Origin: an uncultured Bacteriovoracaceae bacterium
GTDB taxonomy: Bacteria > Bdellovibrionota > UBA1018
Assembly (NCBI GenBank): GCA_964395265.1
Contig: CAYNDM010000001.1
Coordinates: forward strand, 10,239 to 42,299
Length of the DNA: 32,061 bases
Reading direction: 5' to 3'
Shown here: positions 8,362 to 15,169 of the stretch, piece after piece
How the letters are laid out: every line of letters begins with the position of its first letter
Numbering within the stretch: the first letter of the stretch is position 1
Made by a program: the position numbers and the translations under genes
Notes under the pieces: generated by a model
Told to the model about the DNA's origin: nothing
What the model saw: the letters and a program-made list of their open reading frames with translations, nothing else
Databases searched by the model: none

Positions 8362-10095
8362 GTGAATGCTCTTCGCAGGCTCGTTCCTTATGTCCGTCCC
8401 TATATTTGGCTGGTCGTGATCAGCGGACTGCTGGCCATCCCTCTGTCGGCGCTGCGATTCAGTCCCGCACCCCTGGTCAAACACTTCGTCGACGATCTTC
8501 TCGTGAAGAAGGACCCCAAGCAGCTCTGGTTGCTGCCAGCGCTCTTCATCGGTCTGGCGATCTTGAATTACATCGTCCGCTTCTTTCATTCGTACTGCAT
8601 GAGGATCGTGGTGGCTCGAGTGAATCAGCGCCTGAAGAACGACCTCTTCAGTCACCTGATGGGGCTCTCGGCGGATTATTTCTCCAAGTACAGCACGGGA
8701 ACGCTGGTCTCGCGCGTGGGAACGGATACCCAGTACATTGATGGCGGGCTGAGCTCGATCAATACGCTGATTCGGGAGCCCATCACTTTCGTTTTTCTCT
8801 TCGGGTACCTGCTCCTGCTGAGCTGGAAGCTCACCCTGGTCACGCTGATCATTTTTCCTCCATTGGCTTTCGTGTTCTCGGCGACCCGAAGGAACCTCAA
8901 GCGCTATATCTCGCGCATGACCGAGGAGAACGCGGGGCTTTTCTCGGTTCTCCAGGAAAGCTTCGTGGGGATACGGATCATCAAGGCCTTCAGGCTCGAG
9001 AAGTTCGTCAGAAAGAAATTTCGCGAGCGCTCGGATAATTTCGCGAAGCTCTTGCTCAAGACCGCGGTGCTCGAGGAGGCGGCTCACCCAACGATCGATC
9101 TGGTGAATTTCGTCGCCGTCGGGGCTTTGATTTATGTGGGCGGATCGCAGGTGCTGGACGAATCCATGACCGGCGGGGATCTGATAGCGTTCTTCACGGC
9201 TTTCGCTCTGCTGATGAATCCCCTTCGCCAGCTCAACGACGTCAATATCAAGCTGAGCGCCGCCACGGCGGCGGCGCAACGGATCTTCGAGATCTTCGAC
9301 TGGCGGCCCAACCTTCACGAGCCTGCCGACCCCAAGAGGATACGGGAGTTCAAGCATGCGATCGAGTTCAAGGACGTCAGGTTCCACTACCCCGATGCCC
9401 CTGATCGCGAGGTATTGCGAGGAGTGAGCCTCAAGGTCGAGAAGGGCCAGGTCGTCGGCCTTGCGGGCCCGAGCGGCGCGGGAAAGAGCTCGATGGTCAA
9501 TCTGATTCCCAGGATCTTCGACGTCACTGGCGGATCGATCCTGATCGATGGGATCGATATCCGGGAATACTCCCTTGAGGATCTTCGAAAACTGATCGCG
9601 GTGGTGAGCCAGGACGTATTTCTGTTCAATGACACGATCGAGGCCAATATCCGTTGTGGCAAGCTCTCGGCGAGCCCGGATGAGATCCGGGAGGCCGCGC
9701 GAAGGGCCAATGCCCTGGGCTTCATCGAAAGCCTGCCAGCGGGCTTCAATACCGTCATTGGGGATCGCGGGATGAAGCTTTCCGGTGGAGAGCGCCAAAG
9801 GATCAGCATCGCGCGTGCGTTCTTGCGCGAGTCGCCGATCCTCATCCTGGACGAGGCCACTTCAAGTCTGGACAACGAATCTGAGAAGCTGGTCCAGGAC
9901 GCGCTCGAACAGTTGATGAAGGATCGGACCTCGATCATCATCGCGCATCGTCTCTCGACGATTCAGTCGGCTGACACCATACTGGTATTCAAGGAAGGAC
10001 GGATCGTGGAATCAGGCAAGCATGACGAGCTGATCGCGCGGGACGGTGAATACGCACGCTTCTATAGATTGAGCCAGGCGGAGGAGAGAGCATGA
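8362..10095 (+). CDS. msbA: ABC exporter, fused permease/ATPase, MsbA-like (lipid A/lipid flippase family)
   Basis: GTG start. The N-terminal region has six hydrophobic helices. It carries Walker A GPSGAGKSS, signature LSGGERQR, Walker B ILILDEATS and H-loop IIAHRLS. At 577 aa it fits MsbA. It is divergent from an LPS-core gene (gmhB). Substrate is inferred, not proven. Confidence 0.8.
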   Translation: MNALRRLVPYVRPYIWLVVISGLLAIPLSALRFSPAPLVKHFVDDLLVKKDPKQLWLLPALFIGLAILNYIVRFFHSYCMRIVVARVNQRLKNDLFSHLMGLSADYFSKYSTGTLVSRVGTDTQYIDGGLSSINTLIREPITFVFLFGYLLLLSWKLTLVTLIIFPPLAFVFSATRRNLKRYISRMTEENAGLFSVLQESFVGIRIIKAFRLEKFVRKKFRERSDNFAKLLLKTAVLEEAAHPTIDLVNFVAVGALIYVGGSQVLDESMTGGDLIAFFTAFALLMNPLRQLNDVNIKLSAATAAAQRIFEIFDWRPNLHEPADPKRIREFKHAIEFKDVRFHYPDAPDREVLRGVSLKVEKGQVVGLAGPSGAGKSSMVNLIPRIFDVTGGSILIDGIDIREYSLEDLRKLIAVVSQDVFLFNDTIEANIRCGKLSASPDEIREAARRANALGFIESLPAGFNTVIGDRGMKLSGGERQRISIARAFLRESPILILDEATSSLDNESEKLVQDALEQLMKDRTSIIIAHRLSTIQSADTILVFKEGRIVESGKHDELIARDGEYARFYRLSQAEERA

Positions 10096-10499
10096 GTCCC
10101 TGGACCGCTCTTTTCGAAGCGTTCCACTCGGCTTTGATCGACGAGCTGACGGAAAGGCATCCGGAGCCCAAGCCGGAGCTCGGGCTTCCGATCCGTACGG
10201 CGTCGGCCGATCTCCCCCATCCGACGCTCGAGGACGTCGCCGTCTATCGTATCGGATTCGGCGAGGCCAAGGGCTACATCGTGATCGCGATGGATTCGCT
10301 GGGTTCGAAGGCGATCGGCGCGAACTCCGAGGAGCTTTGGGCGTCGTTGCTGAAGCGCTGCGGGCAGGAGTTCTCCCTGCGAAAGATCCAGCCTCGCATC
10401 GAAGGCCGTGAAGAGCTGAGCCAGATCCAGGTGGGGAGAGTGGTTTGGATTCCTATCCAGATCTCGGGCGGCAGGTGCTTCCTCGCCCTTGCGGTCTAG
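10092..10499 (+). CDS. Hypothetical protein (135 aa), translationally coupled to the msbA-like gene
   Basis: Its ATG overlaps the msbA-like stop (ATGA, 10092-10095). No signal peptide or TM segment. The alternating pattern VAVYRIGFGEAKGYIVIAMDS...ELWASLLKRCG...VVWIPIQISGGRCFLALAV only vaguely recalls CheX/CheC-like folds. No family assigned. Confidence 0.6.
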   Translation: MSPWTALFEAFHSALIDELTERHPEPKPELGLPIRTASADLPHPTLEDVAVYRIGFGEAKGYIVIAMDSLGSKAIGANSEELWASLLKRCGQEFSLRKIQPRIEGREELSQIQVGRVVWIPIQISGGRCFLALAV

Positions 10500-10520
10500 G
10501 GCCTGCGACCGGAACGGCGA

Positions 10521-12113
10521 TCACTTCAAGGTCGTGTTCTTGAGAAAGAGATAGTTGAGCGGCGAGAGCTCGAGTTTGCGTACCCGGGGCCCGATCAGCG
10601 CGGAGTTTTTCTGGTAGAAAAGCGGCAGGATGACGACGTCCTTCTGGAGCAGGATCTTCTCGGCCGTATTGTAGAAGGCGATACGCGAGGAGGTGTCGAG
10701 CGTGCGGCGGGCTTCTTTGAGAAGTCGGTCGTAGTCGGCGTTCCGCCAGCCGGTCCAGTTATTTCCGCTGGCGGAGTCGAAGACCTCCAGGAAAGTTGAA
10801 GGATCCGGATAGTCGGCGGCCCAAAGCGCGATCACGAGGTCGACGTCCTCTGTTCTTCTTAGGCGCAGATATTCGGACGAAAGCGCGGGCTTGGTCTCGA
10901 CCTCGATTCCCAACCGTTCTTTCAGGGATTCGGCCAGGTACTTCGCCAGCGCCTCGCTGCCGTCGAACTTGGGCACGAGCATTTTCAGTTTCGGGAACTT
11001 GGCGCCTTCGGCATATCCCGCCTTCTGCAGCAGCCCGCGCGCCTGATAGAGCGTCCCGCTCAGATGGGTGCCGGAGCCGAAACCGTCGATCCCGGGCGGG
11101 ATCCAGCCTGCCGCCGGGATCTGCCCACCCTGGAGGGCGGCCGGGATCTCCCCCCGATCGATCCCCAGCGCGATCGCTTTTCGCACGTCCACGTTCTTGA
11201 GGGCGGGGGTATTCACTTTGAATGCCAGGTAGAAGGTAGCCAGGTACGCGAAATGCTCGGTCCGGATCTCCTTGCCCTGGGTCCTGGCCTTCAAAAGATC
11301 TTGGGTGTTCACGCCCAGAAGGAAGTCGAGCTTGCCTTGAGAGAACGATTCCCTGGCTTTTTTCTCGTCCGTCTCGATCAAGGCCTCGACCTTCGCGATC
11401 GAAGGCTTTTCGCCAAGGTCGTTGCCGAAATAGGTCGCGTTTCTCTCGAGCAGGAGCGATTCGCCGTGCTTCCAGCTCTTAAGACGATAAGGGCCGAGGG
11501 TCGCCAGATGGGCCGGATCCGTCCACTTTCCTTTGTGCTTTTTGATCAAGTCGCTGCGGATCGGAAAGGTGACCCAGAACGAGGGAAGATAAACGAAGTA
11601 AGGAACGACCTGTTTGAGTTTGACCTGAAAGGCGTGATCGCCGAGCGCTTTGACGCCCACCTGGTTGGCGGTTTTCTTGCCTAGGTGAAAGTCCTCGGCG
11701 TTATCGACGTCGAATAGGTAGCTCGCGTAACTGGACTTGGTCTTTGGATCGAGCAGCCGGATCCAGGAGTCCACGAAATCAGACGCGCGCAACGGTTTTC
11801 CATCTGACCATTTCACGCCCTTCCGGAGATGGAAGGTGTAGGTTCTTCCGTCCTCGGAGATATCCCAGCGTTCTGCCAGCCGGGGCTTGGGCTTCAGGTC
11901 CATCCCTACTTCGACCAAGCCCTCCATGAGATTCATGATGATGTATGACTCGAATGAAGTCGCGGCGAGGTTCCAATCCAAGGTTGACGGATCCGAGTTC
12001 AGCCTGAATCGCAGGGTGCCCGTCGGCCCGGCGGGCTGAGCCGCCTCGCCGCCGAACGCGACCGAACTCAGCAGAAGGGCGATCGCGGTCAGGACGGTCG
12101 GTAGTCGAGCCAT
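10521..12113 (-). CDS. ABC-transporter substrate-binding protein, family 5 (OppA/DppA/MppA-like peptide binding)
   Basis: Signal peptide MARLPTVLTAIALLLSSVAFGG. Typical family-5 N-terminal block: LRFRLNSDPSTLDWN...MEGLVEV...PRLAERWDISEDGRTYTFHLRKGVKWSDGKPL.A.DFV.SW. 530 aa. Confidence 0.85.
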   Translation of the reverse strand: MARLPTVLTAIALLLSSVAFGGEAAQPAGPTGTLRFRLNSDPSTLDWNLAATSFESYIIMNLMEGLVEVGMDLKPKPRLAERWDISEDGRTYTFHLRKGVKWSDGKPLRASDFVDSWIRLLDPKTKSSYASYLFDVDNAEDFHLGKKTANQVGVKALGDHAFQVKLKQVVPYFVYLPSFWVTFPIRSDLIKKHKGKWTDPAHLATLGPYRLKSWKHGESLLLERNATYFGNDLGEKPSIAKVEALIETDEKKARESFSQGKLDFLLGVNTQDLLKARTQGKEIRTEHFAYLATFYLAFKVNTPALKNVDVRKAIALGIDRGEIPAALQGGQIPAAGWIPPGIDGFGSGTHLSGTLYQARGLLQKAGYAEGAKFPKLKMLVPKFDGSEALAKYLAESLKERLGIEVETKPALSSEYLRLRRTEDVDLVIALWAADYPDPSTFLEVFDSASGNNWTGWRNADYDRLLKEARRTLDTSSRIAFYNTAEKILLQKDVVILPLFYQKNSALIGPRVRKLELSPLNYLFLKNTTLK

Positions 12114-12117
12114 TTGT

Positions 12118-13686
12118 TTATTTTAGGGTTTCGGGATCGAATGGGCAACCTGCAGTATTTTCCGCTTTGAATCGCAGGGCATAGAGACCGGGTCGAATGG
12201 GGCGGCTTTCCCAGTTTCTGGATCGGTCGCTTGCGAGGCATCCGGGCTCCGGCTCGTAGATCGGCCGCGCAAAGTCACCTATCCCTTCCTTGAAGCTCTT
12301 CGCTTCGGCCAAAGTCACGGTGCCGTTGAAGGCGAGTTGGTCGACGTCTACCGCGATCCCGACGTGCCCCTCTTCCTTGAAGTTCATCGAGATGAGCAGG
12401 TCCGAGGGAATCAGGGGTTCGCCCGCTCTCAGGTCTACCGCCTCGAAACAGTGATGATAGCCTCTCCATTCGGCTTTTGGCGCGCGCGACGATCGGCCCC
12501 TCTTCTTGTTTAGGAGATAGAGGGAGATGTCCCTGAGGGTGCGGGTGTTCACGCCGGACCCACCCCACATGCCTGCCACGAAAGTACCGCAGTCCTCGCC
12601 ATTGCCTGAATTCGCTCCTGTCAATCCTCCGCCGAATCGATAGCCGAGATTGAGGAATCTCTTCTCAGCGAATTTCCCGCCTAGCTCGAATGCCGGACCG
12701 ATGAAATTCAGGGAGAGAGAGTCGATCTCTTCGGGTTTCATCCCACGGAGCAAAGCCTGGTGCACGGCTAGCATTTCGAAGCGGCTCGCTTCTGGACGCG
12801 AAGTGGCCTGGTCGACGATTTTTTTGATGGCCGCTCGAGTTTCATCGCCTCCTTGCCTTGGGATCAGTTCGAATCCGGTGGCCAGGCCATCAATGCGCTT
12901 GGAGAGAAGCTCGGCCTGCTCTTTCGAGGCGAGGACGAGCTCGCAGACGCTTTGGGCGCGGACGAGGTCCGCTGCCACGAACCGTTTCGGGCTGCTCTTG
13001 CAATCGCTCCCGAAGCGGGAGCTCAGGAGCTTCGCTTCTTCCTGGATCTCGCGAGCCGCTCGGCGGATCCTCGCGACCATTTGTTCCGGACTCAGCCGCG
13101 AATAGAAGCTAGAGATCTTGGCATGGTCTTCTTTCGCTTTCGCGGCGACCTCATCGCTTCTCTTTCTCGCTCTCTGGACGAACGCCCGATGGAATTCCTG
13201 GGTCGCGGCCTGCACGTTCGCGGCGCGGGCTTCGTACTCCCTGACCTCGAGCTGGAGAAGGTTGTTGATGCATTCGCTGCAGTTGAGCGGGTCGATTTTC
13301 GGCCGAGCGGCGGAATGCTGGATTCGCGTCGGGCTGCAGCTCAGGAAGTCCAGATTGATCCAACCCTCCGAAGAGCCTTGGTCAGAGCCGCAGGTCACTC
13401 GAGCCAGGTCGAACTTGGGCTTGATTTCCCGGATGATCACCTCGGAGGAATCACAGGTCGTCGGGTTCCCCATGCTTGCGAAGGGGTCCACCCTGAGAAG
13501 CGCTTCGTTCTCCCGGCGCGCCTTCCACTCGAGGACTTCGGGTTGACTCGGTCCGGGCCAGAGATTGGCGCACTGGGAGGCTAGCTGAACCCTCTTGCCA
13601 ACGTCACAACCGCTTGCTGCGAGTGGCCGAGAGAGGTTGAGGCCAAGGAGTGCCACGAGCAAAGTAGAATAGGCGAGTCGAGTCAC
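12118..13686 (-). CDS. Secreted (possibly lipoprotein) multidomain protein with a C-terminal papain-fold-like (NlpC/P60 or CHAP-like) region
   Basis: Signal MTRLAYSTLLVALLGLNLSRPLAASG/C. There is a possible SH3b-like segment ending EGWINLDFLS and a helical K/E/A-rich middle. The C-terminus has GNGEDC(366)GTFVAGMW and PSDLLISMNFKEEGH(441)VGIAVD. The Cys366 codon is at 12589-12591. The domain call is motif-level only. Confidence 0.65.
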   Translation of the reverse strand: MTRLAYSTLLVALLGLNLSRPLAASGCDVGKRVQLASQCANLWPGPSQPEVLEWKARRENEALLRVDPFASMGNPTTCDSSEVIIREIKPKFDLARVTCGSDQGSSEGWINLDFLSCSPTRIQHSAARPKIDPLNCSECINNLLQLEVREYEARAANVQAATQEFHRAFVQRARKRSDEVAAKAKEDHAKISSFYSRLSPEQMVARIRRAAREIQEEAKLLSSRFGSDCKSSPKRFVAADLVRAQSVCELVLASKEQAELLSKRIDGLATGFELIPRQGGDETRAAIKKIVDQATSRPEASRFEMLAVHQALLRGMKPEEIDSLSLNFIGPAFELGGKFAEKRFLNLGYRFGGGLTGANSGNGEDCGTFVAGMWGGSGVNTRTLRDISLYLLNKKRGRSSRAPKAEWRGYHHCFEAVDLRAGEPLIPSDLLISMNFKEEGHVGIAVDVDQLAFNGTVTLAEAKSFKEGIGDFARPIYEPEPGCLASDRSRNWESRPIRPGLYALRFKAENTAGCPFDPETLK

Positions 13687-13696
13687 GTTAGGTCAA

Positions 13697-13736
13697 TTTT
13701 AACACAGGATTTGCGCGTTGCATCCTCAAGTTAAAA
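13697..13736. repeat. Imperfect 40-nt palindrome in the divergent promoter region (ttttaac-ac-aggat ... atcct-caa-gttaaaa)
   Basis: The arms 13697-13703/13730-13736 (7 bp) and 13706-13710/13722-13726 (5 bp) are complementary. It lies between the 13686 (-) start and the glyQS start and is a possible operator. Confidence 0.3.
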
Positions 13737-13797
13737 CTCCGCGTCTTGATTGATAGATTTGCACTCGTTTGGGAGCTTTGTTATCCCCAATGGAACT

Positions 13798-15156
13798 ATG
13801 AGCGAGACTCCTCAGTCCCCTGTCGAAGCTGTTTCAAAACCAGTGCAAGATCTCAAAGATATGGCGGATCTCGTATCCCTCTGCAAACGCCGGGGGTTCG
13901 TCTATCCGTCCAGCGAGATCTATGGCGGCATCAATGCTTGTTGGGATTACGGTCCGCTCGGAATCGAACTGAAGCGCAACGTGAAGGAACGTTGGTGGCG
14001 CGCGATGACGGATCGCGATGATGTCGAAGGACTTGATGCGGCAATTCTCATGCATCCGCGTGTTTGGGAAGCTTCCGGGCATGTCGCGACATTCTCGGAC
14101 CCGCTCGTCGACTGCAAGAAATGCAAGATGCGCTTTCGCGCTGACAAGATCGACCAAGCCCTTCTCGAGCAGAAGAAATGCCCGAACTGCGGAGGCGAAC
14201 TGACCGAGCCTCGCAATTTCAATCTCATGTTCAAGACCCATATGGGCCCTGTCGAGGATTCGGCCAATATCGTCTACCTTAGGCCTGAGACCGCCCAGGG
14301 GATCTACGTCAACTTCCTGAATGTGCAGCAAAGCGCGCGCCAGAAGATCCCTTTCGGCATCGCCCAGATCGGCAAGGCTTTCAGGAACGAGATCACTCCC
14401 GGCAATTTCATCTTCCGCACCCGGGAGTTCGAGCAGATGGAGATGCAATACTTCGTGAAGCCGGGAACGGACATGGAGTGGTTCGAAAAATGGAAGGCTG
14501 AACGCATCCAATGGCATCTGGACAACGGCATCCGCAAAGAGAGGCTGAGGTTCCATGAGCACGGACAGGGCGAGCTTGCCCACTACGCGCGCGCGGCCTT
14601 CGACATCGAGTATGAGTTTCCATTCGGATGGCAGGAACTCGAGGGGATCCATAACCGCACGGACTTCGATCTTAGCCGGCACCAGGAATACAGCGGCAAG
14701 AAACTCGAGTACTTCGACGAGCAGACGAAGGGGCGCTACATCCCTTACATCGTCGAGACCTCCGCGGGCTGCGATCGCACGCTGCTGGTGGCTCTCACCG
14801 ATGCTTACCGCTTCGACGGGGAACGCGTCTGGTTGCAGCTTCATCCCGTATTCGCCCCCTACAAGGTCGCGGTCTACCCGTTGATGAAGAAACCTGACCT
14901 GATGGAGTACAGCGACAAGGTTCTAGCGAATCTGAAGAAGAGATTTCGAGTTACCACTGATGATGCGGGATCGATCGGCAAGCGGTACCGCCGACAGGAT
15001 GAAATCGGAACACCCTTTGGAGTAACCATCGACTATGACACACTTTCAAACCACACCGTCACCGTCCGGCACCGAGACACCATGGCGCAAGAAAGGGTCT
15101 CTGCTGAAAGCCTCGTCGGCTACATTGAAGAAAAATTCCAAAACTGGGGCAAGTAA
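13798..15156 (+). CDS. glyQS: Glycine--tRNA ligase (homodimeric class II GlyQS type)
   Basis: Contains [17 protein letters not shown]...[41 protein letters not shown] (motif 2) and ETSAGCDR (motif 3). The start is moved to ATG 13798 (codon 17 of track ORF 13750..15156). Confidence 0.92.
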   Translation: MSETPQSPVEAVSKPVQDLKDMADLVSLCKRRGFVYPSSEIYGGINACWDYGPLGIELKRNVKERWWRAMTDRDDVEGLDAAILMHPRVWEASGHVATFSDPLVDCKKCKMRFRADKIDQALLEQKKCPNCGGELTEPRNFNLMFKTHMGPVEDSANIVYLRPETAQGIYVNFLNVQQSARQKIPFGIAQIGKAFRNEITPGNFIFRTREFEQMEMQYFVKPGTDMEWFEKWKAERIQWHLDNGIRKERLRFHEHGQGELAHYARAAFDIEYEFPFGWQELEGIHNRTDFDLSRHQEYSGKKLEYFDEQTKGRYIPYIVETSAGCDRTLLVALTDAYRFDGERVWLQLHPVFAPYKVAVYPLMKKPDLMEYSDKVLANLKKRFRVTTDDAGSIGKRYRRQDEIGTPFGVTIDYDTLSNHTVTVRHRDTMAQERVSAESLVGYIEEKFQNWGK

Positions 15157-15169
15157 GAGCGCCCAAGCG

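Noticed and set aside
11170-11177. HIP1-like octamer GCGATCGC (also at 12079-12086, 14771-14778 and 29044-29051).
   Set aside because: I found only about four copies in 32 kb. That is a modest excess consistent with the general GATC enrichment, and far below the roughly one per kb density of genuine HIP1-bearing genomes.
13687-13797. Possible T-box leader upstream of glyQS.
   Set aside because: The leader is only about 110 nt. It has no T-box consensus (AGGGTGGNACCGCG-like) and no specifier or terminator-antiterminator architecture.
15035-15169. 5' extensions of track ORFs (15035 for ppdK, 13750 for glyQS, 5885 for fbaB, 2163 for the phosphoesterase, 18105 for the secreted ORFan, 3496 for the small protein, 26999 for queG).
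   Set aside because: The extensions overlap upstream genes or lack an SD. The internal starts reproduce homologue N-termini or proper signal peptides and have better ribosome-binding sites.
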